From Mizuhopecten yessoensis (lineage: Eukaryota): 64,000 nucleotides of DNA. Location: assembly GCF_002113885.1 (NCBI RefSeq), contig NW_018405300.1, positions 320,883 to 384,882 on the forward strand. The letters run 5' to 3'. Of the stretch, positions 37,101 to 48,881 are shown in pieces (within the stretch, counting starts at the first letter, position 1; each line of letters begins with the position of its first letter). Position numbers and translations under genes: made by a program. The notes beneath the pieces are model-generated. The model saw only the letters and a program-made list of their open reading frames with translations. It searched no databases and was not told where the DNA came from.

Positions 37101-40100
37101 ACAAGTGGAAGGAGGTGAAAGTCACTCGCTCTGCTCACACAACCAGCACTAGATAAATTCTATGGGGAAAACATAGTTTTTATTAAATTTTTGAATGAAC
37201 GAATAAGAAGAAAACTTGAATTAGTCAGATTACCATTTCACACAAATAATTTGCCTTTGTTGCATGTTTGATCACAACTTAAAAAAAGTTGAAGGATACC
37301 CAGGTACCCACTTTATAAAAAGACCTGGTTTCAAATGGCGACTCCCACCAGGTAGCTGGACATCGGAGGTGACCATTATTGTAGTGCAAGTAAATTAACA
37401 CACATACATCAATATTTTAGCATTGATACGACTCTTAATACATGAATTGATGATAAAATAAATTCACTGCTAAGACAAAAAAATATATGCATGTTTCAGG
37501 TACCCCAACTGCACTCCATCCAGTGTTGGAATTACTTGTCCACCGGATGCAAACAAATTGATGGACAAACAACCAAGGCAACTATAAACATGCCCTCTAT
37601 ATTTCATTAGCAGGCATCAAAACCAAATTTAAATCGTAATTTAAACCTGTATTATTATTTAAAAGGTTGAAAAATATGTTTGGTTACTTTTTTTAATTTT
37701 TCTTACGAGTAGTCCGTCACCTCAAATTTATTTATTTTTTAAAACAGAACAATAAAAATAAACCCCCGACTGACCAACGAATTTTTTTTCAGTCATGCTA
37801 CCTGAAACATACAAAAAATTGTTTTCTTTACAATGACAGTGCTAATATTGATTTTTAATATTCCGGCATTTTGAAAAGACAAATGGATAGGGAAACAAAA
37901 CAGCTTACTTCCCCCACCAGACCTCCGTCCACCACTTCCCCCACTATAGTCTGATCTGGCAGATTTTGCTTTGCTTCCACGACTGCCAGCATAGTCCAAG
38001 AACAAGGATGATCCCTCCAAGTCTTCACCTTGATGGTCATTCATCATCTGTTCTACGGCGGCTTCATCATCAAATACAACATAAGCAAATCTGAAATTTG
38101 AAATGCAATATATATGTATACATATATCATTATGCACTCATAACCAGTTCACAACACACAAATGCCAATAATGCAAAAAATTGTTCATCTTTAAAAGAAC
38201 TATCACAAATTCAGACCGCCAAAGCAATACATTACTACCTATTTAACATCAACACTTTTCTTTGAAAATAAACTTTTGAATGCCCTTACATTTCTTTTTT
38301 TGTTTAACAGAATCAAAGTCTCACAAAGTGAAAACAATGGATACAGATTATACAAATGTAGTACTAAACCCGATAATAATAGTTCATTACTAGCTGAACA
38401 ACTGATCATTGATATACAAAGATGAATATCCCTTTACCCTTTGTGAGCGCCATCTGGACGGGAAGGAAGTCTGACTTCTACAGTGTCAGAGAAGAAAGAC
38501 TTCAAGGAGTCTTCAGTCACAGACTCTGCCAAGTTCTTGACAAAAAGAGTTTTTTCATCATCATCTGAAATAAAGATACATATTACGAATGAGCACAATG
38601 CTTAAAACTTTCTGACCCTGTTTTACCTTGTGCATACAACAGGATAAAGGAACAGAGATGGAATTTGTTTGTCGATCACCTGCTGGAGTTACTAGACTAT
38701 GGTATTTAATTTAAAAAGAAGGTTTGTTTCCATTTTTGTTCCAACTTATAAAGTTAATTTCCACCACTCTTTCAAATATTGCCCCTGGCAGGTGAATCAG
38801 GATACCCCCCCCCCCCCTTATATCAATAGTAGTAGAAAATACAATCGGGAATAATTAAAGTATCAAATGTTCATGAAGTTGTAGTAATTTAATTTTTTCT
38901 CGTCTTACAAGGTAGTTTGACCTTCTACAAATTGAGCATTCTTGGAATTCCAGTTCATGTTGTGCTTCATTTTTTTCTTTTTACCCCAAACCAACATCCT
39001 CGATTGCAATTTATAAATGTTGGAACTACCGCTGCTGCTATCTTCAGACTACATTCACAAAGAGCAAGTTGTTCTGGGTCAAATTGGGTCAAGCATTTCA
39101 CACATGTGAATCAATCATCATGCTTCGGAACATTTTTGTTCCTAGAGGTCGCTGAAAGGGACAGTGTCTGGGTACTACAGAGGCATTGTCATTGTCCATG
39201 CATGTTGCATATGCATCTGCATCAAAAATTGTAACAACACTCTCATCAGAATGCATCCTGGATTTTTTCTCTCAATTTTGCAGCAACGCTAACTCTCATC
39301 AGCTGCATTTATTTTACCGTTACCATTTCTCTATTGGATACTTGTTATGCACCACCATAGTAAAATTCAGAGGTACTTTGCTCGGCAAAACCAGCTGTAT
39401 TATCAGAACCACATATATAACCATTTCCAGCACAAGTTCAGAAATCTGTATAAAAACAGATGTTTGTATACTTTGAAATCAGAATATATGCTTCCTAACA
39501 TGTATACAGTGGGATCGGAACTTGATTCTTGGCTCTATGCAAGTAACAGTTTAATCCAAATAACTGCATCAACCTTCAATGACTTGCACTTGAGGTCTTT
39601 AGAAACGTGTCCTATTTCAACGGTACTCCAGTTTCGACGGATCAACTATAGCAATTTAGGATGTACAATTGCGTGTTCAATGCATGTTAATAGAAGGTGG
39701 CCGAACAGTTGAATCCAATTTTTTTTTAATTTATGAAGATCTGAACTATGGAATAAGCAAGAAGGAAACACAACTGACAATAAAGCTGTGTATGTGCACA
39801 AGATATAAATTGAAAGTAAGATTTCTTAAGTTGTACCGAATCACCGGACTATCCCAGAATTTGAAGTTTAACAAGCTCAACCAACCATGAAATCAGAACC
39901 TGTAGTTAGAGTTCTGTATTACAAACAGAGTACACACATCATAAATATCTGATATTTATTAAGTTTAATGTATCTAGAGCATTGCTATATCAACTAAATA
40001 CATTTTGTAGAAATTGAACCTTAGTAAAGGTGAAGATGCATTTGCCTTTTGTTACAAAAATTAGAACTATCCATTAGTGCAATCCTTAAAAGAATAATGA

Positions 40101-41976
40101 TCCTGTTATACTCTTCACTTCTTAAACAAAAAGAAACTCATAAAATAATGATATAACTAGTCAGCAGTGTCTTTCAGTACCATATGGAAATGCAAAATTA
40201 TTCCTCTACAGGAATTTTAGGAGTATTCTATAACGTGCATTTCAACTTTTTTTTAACTTAATTTACCTTCTAGTCATTTGTCATGGTAATTAGTGACATT
40301 GTATGTCTTTTTTATATATATATACATCAAACAAGACAATCTTCACAAGTGTACAATTTCATATAACAAAGCCGACCTATACTTTGTTCGTTACATTGTG
40401 AACTTTCAAAGTTTTCACTTGTCCATAATATCTAGAGTGCTAGTGAATTTCCTACTGAAGAGATGATCTTTTTTGTAAGAAACAAAAAATGCTAATGAAT
40501 TCCTTCTCACTATTAAATATGAAAAAAAAGACTATTTTCACCACAAATTTTAAACAAATGTAACAGCAGTAATATTTTTTTCAACAACTCGGTAATGATT
40601 GATTTGCCCTTCGATTCCAATTTAATATTGAATATGAATTCCATAAAAGGTTCATTACTGAACTCTGGTATCAAACATATAAAATGAAGACCTTTCCTTA
40701 AGATTGATGGCAAAGTGGGATCAAAACGTGGCTAAAGTTGCTTGTAATCTAGCCCCAGTTTCCTCTGGCCCTAACACCAGATTTTTTGACAGATAGATGC
40801 CTGGTGTTGGGCCACAGCATTAAATTGGAATCATAGAATCATAAAAAGGCACTTTTGGATCAACTGTTTGGGATCTGGCCCCACACCAAACTTTCTGTTA
40901 AATTGTCGAAGTCTGGTGTCAGGGCCAGAGAAACACAGGCTACTTGTAATGCATTCATTATAAAAAAAGGAAACCTAATATATAGTTCACAAGTCTGTTT
41001 TACTGAAGTAAACTTAAATGAGTATTCTGTGACATGATATCGACCAATTACATTTGTCATCCTTATCTCTACTTCCAATTACAATCTAATTATCGAGTAT
41101 TATCGATTGATTCTACACTGAATGCCCATCACTATCTGGGGTTCATCATATTGCCTCCTCCGTTGATACCAGTTAGAATCGAAGAAGCTTTGGTTTGCTA
41201 GTCTTAAGAACTGAAAGACAAGTTTTCCCTAGCAGAGTCGGTAGGAAGCGGCTAGTACTATACCATGGTGACCCTCCAGGAAAGCACTTGTCACAAGTTT
41301 TCCATGGGTCATAGTGGTTCTTGTGAAAATATTGCCAAGTATTTTTGTCAATATATTTCCTTGGGCCCCATGATGGGCACCAAGGAATCAGAACCTAAGA
41401 TTACGTTTTTTTCTATGCCTCTGCTAGGGATTGAAAATACATTATAAAATATTTAGAAACTACTCTCGCTGAATAATAAATGTTGTTATAATTAAAATCG
41501 GCATTGGATTGGCTAAAGAACATTACTGAAACGCTGTAACCGGTGCATGATCATTTTTAAGGGTAGTGGAAGCAAAATGAGATAGCAAATGTTAAAGAGA
41601 CAGCTAGCAGAGGACAACATGCGCCTCATCTCATTCCGTCGAAACTGGTGATGCGAGGATATAGTCAATCGTCCATTTTCAGTGACGGAGCATGGCTGTA
41701 TCGGTAACGTTAGCTCTGGATCAACTTGTGTATACCAAGCACACAAATACCTTATTTGTTATTACTATTTGAGCTCGGTCTTGTACTGTGGCGGTGCTAT
41801 CGTTATCCCGGAGGAATATGGAGCTCGACTTCCTCTAATCGCCTATTTCAGAAGCCATCGAGGCTAGGTGTTGCGACATTTTTTCCCCGTTGTTTGTTTG
41901 TAGTACCCAAAACAAAGGCCCTTTCAGCTAAATTATTGTTACCGCGTGATCTTTTCCTGTACTGGTAGTCATCCAT
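34136..41976 (-). CDS. Nucleolin-like RNA-binding protein: two RRMs + Gly/Arg/Ser-rich (RGG) tail, about 280 aa
   Basis: Exons 41976-41943 (MDDYQYRKRSR, inferred), 38564-38438, 38090-37909, 36892-36760, 34796-34681, 34386-34136; phases consistent (843 nt). RNP2/RNP1 motifs LFVKNL...KGFAYVVF and LFIKNL...RGFGFVEY, followed by an RGG/YRG-rich C-terminus. Confidence 0.85.
40750..40943. mobile_element. MITE with nested inverted repeats (inverted copy of 50027-50220)
   Basis: Ends TAGCCCCAGTTTCCTCTGGCCCTAACACCAGA / TCTGGTGTCAGGGCCAGAGAAACACAGGCTA. Nearly identical to the reverse complement of 50027-50220. Confidence 0.8.
41140..41438 (-). mobile_element. Degraded second copy of the tRNA-Thr-like TRIM family (16321-16728)
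   Basis: The reverse complement contains TGGTGCCCATCATGGGGC (PBS), GACAAAAATACT...ATGACCC internal sequence and TACTAGCCGCTTCCTACCG...AAGACTAGCAAACCAAAG LTR sequence shared with 16464-16728. Confidence 0.75.
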
Positions 41977-42631
41977 ATCTATAGCTCTTCGAAAATGCGG
42001 TCTGCAGTGGAGCTATAAATCGTTTGCCAGATCTACCTTTGAATAGTTGACAGAAAAGTCTTTTACAAATGTTCCTTCACCCTCGCCGAGCTTCCACCAT
42101 GCGCCCTGTAGAAGTCCTGAATGATTAGGTCGCAAACTGCAGTGGTTGCTTTGACAGAATGTAGTATAAGAGGCGTGTATCAATTCTGGTAGAACTGCAT
42201 AGATTTCAAAAAGAAGTTCTGATAAAATCGTGTTAATTGCAAGAATTGTGCTTTCTTAGTGTATATTTACACGATCGGTATTTCTATTTTTAAATAGTTC
42301 ACCCTAACACAGCAAGTTCAACAAAAACACTAAATTCACTAACTTATAAAATGCATAGTTATTATTGGCGCAGTAATATTTATATAATTAAGGTATGTTT
42401 TTTGACGTCATTAAAGAGTGCCACATAGTGATGCACAATATAGTGCACGTTTTGGCACCCTTGTAAATACACGATTAAAAAAAAGTTATGATAAAACATG
42501 AATCTAGGCTGAAGCCAATTTGGATAGTTTGTTAAGGGCAAAGATGTAAATGAGTCACACACCATTTTATGATTATACTAATGTAGCGGAAATGCGTCAG
42601 ACAGCTGCGCTGTCTCTCACTGGGACCGGGG

Positions 42632-42702
42632 CAATCGGGAACCGTCGGCACTTTCCGTAAAGGAGATTTTTTTTTACGAAAAGTGCCGAAGGTTCCCGAT
42701 TG
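42632..42702. repeat. 71-bp hairpin (30-bp arms), CA...TG termini
   Basis: CAATCGGGAACCGTCGGCACTTTCCGTAAA versus TTTACGAAAAGTGCCGAAGGTTCCCGATTG; 28/30 complementary. Confidence 0.85.
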
Positions 42703-42746
42703 AGGCTGAGTAGAACCGGGGCTGGTGAGATATTAGTGGATATTAG

Positions 42747-42775
42747 CACGGACTTAGATCTAATCTAATTCCGTG
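42747..42775. mobile_element. 29-bp CA...TG palindrome flanked by a 7-bp direct repeat (candidate transposon footprint)
   Basis: ATATTAG [CACGGACTTAGAT-CTA-ATCTAATTCCGTG] ATATTAG. Confidence 0.7.
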
Positions 42776-42814
42776 ATATTAGTTCACGGTCAAGAGAGGT
42801 CTCCTAATGATTTA

Positions 42815-44353
42815 AATGTATAATGTTTGCAAGAAATTGACAGTTTATGTGAAAATAACCTTGGTATGTATGTGAAATCATTTGTGAGGCCTATTTTAAA
42901 TGCAGATGATACTGTGTTGATGTCAGAATCACCTGAAGGTTTACAGAATGCACTTATTTTTTTTCAAAATTATTTTGAAAACTGGAAATTAACTATCAAT
43001 ACCAAAAAGACAAAAATAGTAATTTTTTGAAAAACGGAAAATCAGATGGCGATTTAATTTCACTATATTTGATGATCCAATAACTCGTGATGATTCTTAC
43101 CCTTATCTCGGAATATTGTTTAATTATAAGGGATCATTCGTTAAAAAAAAAAAAGTTAGCTAACCAGGCAAAGAAAGCATTGTTTGCAGTGTATACCAAA
43201 ATAAGAAATATTCCTCAGTTTATCTACTGACTTACAATTTAAATTGTTTGATTTGCTAGTCGCTCCAATTTTACTCTATGTATGTGAAATCTGGCGATTT
43301 GAAAATGTAAGCATCATTGAAAAAATTCATCTGCAATTTTGTAAGAAAATTTTACATGTTTCTTTTGTTCGAAGTAGTACTCCAAATTTTATGGTGTATG
43401 GCGAACTGGGCAAATTTCCATTAGAAATAGAAATTAAAGTTAGAATGCTGATGTTTTGGCATAAATTAATAACAGGAGGAGATAAGCTATCTAGTGTATT
43501 CTATCGCCTAATACTAAAAATGCAAGAAAATAATTCTGCAAAATTTCAATGGTTTGGATATATAAAATCATTACTTAATAACACAGGGTTTACTAATATT
43601 TGGATATACTAAAACACATGTACAATGAATAGATCACTCTTCAAAAATTTGCTTAAAAAACGTCTATGTGATCAATTTATTCAAAATTGGTTCTCTACTT
43701 TTGACTCTTCATCTCGTGTACAGTTCTACCATATCTTTAAAAACCAGTTTAATTTTGAATCATATCTAATTAAGCTTAATTCCAGCGAACGTATAATTAT
43801 CAGCAAATTTAGAATGTCGAACTTAAAATTACCCATTGAAACTGGTAGATGGGTTGGTATACCACGTAGTAATCGTACTTGTTTGCTATGTAATAATGGT
43901 ATTGGGGATGAATACCACTATCTTTGTCAATGTAATAATGCTACGATAACTAATTATAGACATAAACACATCGCACATTACTTTTATATAAATCCAAGTT
44001 AAGCTAAAATGAGAGATATGTTTGAAATTTGTAATCGACTTTTATTATCCAGAGTGAACTACCTTCTTAAAAATGTAGAAAACCTTTGTATTTCACGCTG
44101 ATTATTGTCATAAAATTGCAGTTTTTTCTAAAATTGCATAAATTTGTAATTTTATTACCTTTATATGCTTATAATTTGCAATTAATCATTATTATTCTTG
44201 AATGAGTTACTTTAATGAGTATTTACTATAACTATTGATATGTTACAATGAACTTAGTTACTGTATTACCCTGTCTGCCCTGTATGTTGTTTTGAATTGT
44301 TGACCTCTTGTTACACACACAAGTGTGTCAAGAGTGTAATAAAGGAATTGAAA
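42815..44353 (+). mobile_element. 5'-truncated, frameshifted RTE-X-like LINE (RT C-terminal half + zinc-finger region)
   Basis: ADDTVLMSESPEGLQNAL...WKLTINTKKTKIVIF; IEKIHLQFCKKIL...VYGELG; FRMSNLKLPIETGRW...CLLC...GDEYHYL. 3' hairpin and AATAAAGGAATTGAA end. Clade assignment is from recall. Confidence 0.85.
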
Positions 44354-44657
44354 CTATTAGCTGTCCGTGTGTACGGTTCTGAGCAGGGACATCCTGATAA
44401 GGAAATCTGATGGTGAATTTATCCGTAGATATTTATGAAAGTTTGCAAAGTTGTCCTAGTCATTTTCAAATTGAAAACACATTACATCAACGATGAAATA
44501 CTTTACATATAATTCTTACAGCATACATGGTCCTGGAGGGGACAACATGATCATGGAATAACATACAGTTTTCTATTTATATATATCCATTTATAATGTC
44601 AATGTAGATAACAATGCATTTTGGTCATTAGAGTTGTGGTATTTATTGATTAAATAG

Positions 44658-45004
44658 AACCCCGACTTATAAGAATGGTTGTATTTGTATATGCTGTATA
44701 GTCTATAACCCCGACTTATAAGAATGGTTGTATTTGTATATGCCGTATAGTCCATAACCCCGACTTATAAGAATGGTCGTGTTTGTATAGGCCGTATAGT
44801 CTATAACCCAGACTTATAAGAATGGTCGTATTTGTATATGCCGTATAGTCTATAACTCCGACTTATAAGAATGGTTGTATTTGTATATGCCGTATAGTCT
44901 ATAACTCCGACTTATAAGAATGGTTGTATTTGTATATGCCGTATAGTCCATAACCCCGACTTATAAGAATGGTCGTGTTTGTATAGGCCGTATAGTCTAT
45001 AACT
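44658..45004. repeat. 49-bp minisatellite, 7 copies
   Basis: AACCCCGACTTATAAGAATGGTTGTATTTGTATATGCCGTATAGTCTAT repeated with period 49. Confidence 0.96.
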
Positions 45005-45853
45005 CTAGCTGTTAGTGTGTACGGTCCTGAACGGGAACATCCTGATTTTTGCACTTATCTAGAACTAATAAATAAGCATTTTTGTGTAAGTTTGTACATG
45101 ATACTACTTTCTGGTACCAAAAAATATATAACATAGAACCTCATTATTTCTGAGATTGCGATAATTATATTTCATTGCCGAGCGGAGCGAGGGGAATACT
45201 TTTTCTGAAGATGTAATACAAAACTATTTCAAGCACTGCCGAGCGTAGAGAAAGCAAGAATTTATGGGACATTATTTCCGTTGTCAAACAGATCGAATGA
45301 GGCGTAGAATAGTTTTCTGAGTTAGCGGTATTATTCCAGGTTATATTTTATAACGTTGAGTATTTATATTTTATGATGGCCCAGCGGAGCGAGTGTTAAC
45401 AAATTCTCTAAAAAATGGTAAAAATGTAGGTTTTTGGTTAAAACAATCTGATTTATTTTGTCATAAATATGAATTATGATTTAATTGTTTGTCTTTTATT
45501 GTGAAATAGTATGCATACGTATGTACAAGGGCAACTCCTAATAAAAAGGATGTACACGCCAGGCTTTGATGCCAACATTGGTTATTATTCACCTGATAAA
45601 GTGATGCTAAGGAGGCTGCTTTATTGTCTTCGAAATTTTTGAAATTTATATTTTTTAATTGATATAATAAATCACTCCAGGTGAACATGTGTACATGAAA
45701 CCACAGGTGAAAAACAGGTTTATCTATCATGAAATGGACTCTACCTTAGAAATAACACTTTACCTATATATCTAATTCCAACAGATGGTATAGTCCTCTC
45801 TCAACTGACAGGGCGATCACACCGTGACATTAGAACAATAAGATTAGGTAGAG

Positions 45854-45886
45854 CAGAGACGTATAATACAATATTATACGTCTCTG
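45854..45886. mobile_element. 33-bp perfect CA...TG palindrome flanked by a 7-bp direct repeat (candidate transposon footprint)
   Basis: GGTAGAG [CAGAGACGTATAATA-CAA-TATTATACGTCTCTG] GGTAGAG. Confidence 0.75.
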
Positions 45887-48010
45887 GGTAGAGTCAGTCC
45901 GGTGAGCCTTGACCACTGTCCTGACTGGACCCCCTACTAATATATAGACGATAGAGGAGTAATCCCCTATTGTTTAGAATATAAGTACTGGACTCCTTGT
46001 TTGAGCAACACCCTTAGGCATATATAGATATTCAAACTGCTGACTAGGGAAAAGGCAGAGAAAATTATAGTTCAAGGGATGGTTGATATTAGAAGGAAAT
46101 CCCATATGAAACAGAGGAAAATCTTCAAAAACCTACGTCCAGATTATTTTTGGACACAGAAAAAGGGTGTTGCCCGGGCAACTAGGGCAACCCCCCTGGG
46201 TCCGCCACTGCAAACTATGTCTAAAGTAATTCATATTTTAATTGCATATAAAAGTGTATACGGTCCTGAGCAGGGACATCCTGATCAGGAAATCAAACGG
46301 GGATTATATCCGTTGTTATTTATACAATAAATCAAGTTAAGAACGTGTACGGTCAAGTGAGGTGTCCTTATAATTTTGAAATGGAAAAGACGTCAAATAT
46401 ATCTTGAATCACTTTATGTATATAGATTTTAGACAGTTTACGGTCCCGAGCGGGGTCATCCTGATCAGGAAATCAATTACTCATTTTAGTCGTATTAATG
46501 GACCAAATACATTTAGGTGACACTGCTTACAGTTAAGAGAGGAGTAAAGATGATTTAAAAATATAAATTAAACGATCTCTAAAGTAATTCATATTTTAAT
46601 TGCATATAATAGTGTATACGGTCCTGAGCAGGGACATCCTGATCAGGAAACCTAATATGAATATATCTGTTTTTATTCATGAAAAAAAAATGTTTACTGT
46701 CAAGAGAGGTGTCCTATTTATTTTGAAATAGACGTCAAACCTATCTTGAATCACCTTATTTACGGTATTAGAACGTATACGTTCCTGACATTCTGACAAG
46801 GAAATCAAACGCCTATTATAACCGTATTCATAGATCAGATACATACAGATGACAGTGCTTACATATATTATATATATTATAACGTATACGGTCCTGAGCG
46901 GGGGACATCCTGATCAGGAAATAACATATATGTTTTTTCTCATGTATATACTCTCTAATATTAATTAAGTCGTTTTTACGATCCTTATAATTGCGGTATA
47001 CAGCTAATTTTGCAAGGTAGTCCAATGGGTAAAAAATAACTGACTGTTTCCTAATACTTTTTTATTTATCTCCACCCAGCTACACACCCTGCTCCACCCG
47101 ATAAAAAGTAGATAGTTCGTTTAAAGATTATTTTAAGTATATTTAGGGGATTGTACACATGGACAAAATAGTAGAAAGGTTTGAAGATAAAATGCATATA
47201 GTACATCGGCTTAAGATATTTTTACTGGTAAATTGGAATAGGAGTATTTAAAGAAGAAGAAAAATAAACAAAACAAAACAAAACTTAAAGCTTTATGAAG
47301 GCTGATCGGTTTGTTCTCATTTCTCCCACTTTTTCTGATCAAAGGAATTACATAAACACTGGAAAACAACAGAGGTGTTATTATAGTCTGTTCTGGTATA
47401 GTACAGGTAGATTATTTACCTGTACTTACCTGTTCACCAATAGGAAATACTGTGTTAGTTATAGGAATATTAAACAAATATATTTCCTGATTTTTCGTAA
47501 TATTTACTGGAATTATGAATAAATATATACAATATTCCAAATATTACTTAAAAAAAACACATCAAAATACATTAACTGAAAACCTGCTTTTATCAATTTC
47601 ATATTAAATCAATTTTATACATTTTTACTATACATTTACATGTATGTAATTTGTCATATATATATTTCATAAAATAGAACTAAATTTAGCAAGCAATTTA
47701 TGACAAATATAATCAGTAAAGACAGAGATCATGTATTGCATTATTAAATATGCAAAAACAGATGCTGGGAATGAAAATAAATAAAACTAATTAATTACAT
47801 GTACACATGGAATACTCAGCGCTGGTTGATCAAATCAATCATATTCATAAAATACACACATGCACAAAGATACATTATATAAAACTAATATAATAGCACT
47901 AACTTACTAAAGATAAAATATTGGAAAGTCACAGATAAGTCCATAATTTTAAGAAATCCTAGCAAAGCACCAAATAAAATTTCCATAACAAGCATATTTA
48001 TCATAATGTC

Positions 48011-48881
48011 ACTCTAAATGCAAAAGATGGAATGCTGTGTCGGCGTACTGGAGTACATCTGTTGTACTGACCATTCTCCAATTTGCAAGCGTTCCTTATT
48101 CATAAAATACACACATGCACAGTTACGGTAGCGTTATGCTCTTGGTCTGAGTTGCCCTCCTGCTGCGTGTTGGATGCGCGTTATCTCGTTGCTGGCTTGT
48201 ATTTCATGGAAGACGCGGATGATGCTGTAGATGTTGGGGTGAGCGTGTTCCACTTTCTTCTTCAGTTTTCTGTGCCATCCCTCTATGCGGTTGGTTGTTC
48301 TGGGTCCCTCGGTCTCAAAGTGGTTCCAGAGCTGTTGATCTCGGTCAATCCACTGTGTCACGTTGTAATCTGTAAATGGAGTGGTGTCCTGTGGAACATC
48401 AGCATCGTCTATGTCCTCCAGCTTATTGAACCAGACATCTTCTACATGGTCTAATGGAACAAGGGGTAGTACGTACAGCGGCACGCCGTACACTTTGTCG
48501 GACATCGTCGTTGTTGGCGTAGAGTTGTTGAAGTCCGGTCTGCTGGACTTTCCTCCAAATACACTGTGCATATTGGAAGTAGCAGCCCTTCAAACTCACA
48601 GCTGGAAACCCTACGCGGATGGCTTTCTGGACAGCAGCCTCAAAGTCCAGGAAAACGGTGGTGGGATTGAGTTGGAGGTTGAATCTTGGTCTTGAGTAGT
48701 GTAAAGAATCTTTGCAATGGTATGTTGCCTGGCTCTTGCTGAGAAGTAGACTGTATACAAGTGGGTTCATCTGGTCTCCAATCCTGGCGTGGACAGTGTA
48801 GATCTGCTGAAACTGAGTCGGGCACATGTAAAACGTTCCATCACAGAAGAGAGTGTCGGCGTCAGGATTCATTATTATCAA
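48011..48881 (-). mobile_element. MULE (Mutator-like) transposase pseudogene
   Basis: LFCDGTFYMCPTQFQQIYTVH...PLVYSLL..KS; VFLDFEAAVQKAI...FP...KGCYFQYAQCIWRK; LPLVP; RTTNRIEGWHRKL are MULE DDE motifs spread over three frameshifted ORFs. Confidence 0.92.

Larger units (their letters stand above)
44360..46925 (+). repeat. Interrupted degenerate array with conserved core TACGGTCCTGAGCAGGGACATCCTGATCAGGAAA
   Basis: Core copies near 44372, 44526, 45020, 46259, 46439, 46617, 46778 and 46886, alternating with a TACGGTCAAGAGAGGTGTCCT-like motif (~42784, 46348, 46515, 46695). Confidence 0.8.

Noticed and set aside
39040-39125. Intronic C/D-box snoRNA (ATGATGA...CTGA on the minus strand)
   Set aside because: No terminal stem and no recognisable rRNA antisense element; the boxes alone are expected by chance.
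41750-42130. ISXO2/Merlin-like transposase relic (RKRSRG...FVLG...HIPPG) on the minus strand
   Set aside because: The similarity is weak and interrupted by stops. The segment is better explained as exon 1 (MDDYQYRKRSR, phase-1 donor) and promoter of the RRM gene.
44360-46925. CRISPR array
   Set aside because: Eukaryotic context, no cas genes, and spacers that are long, irregular and related to each other.
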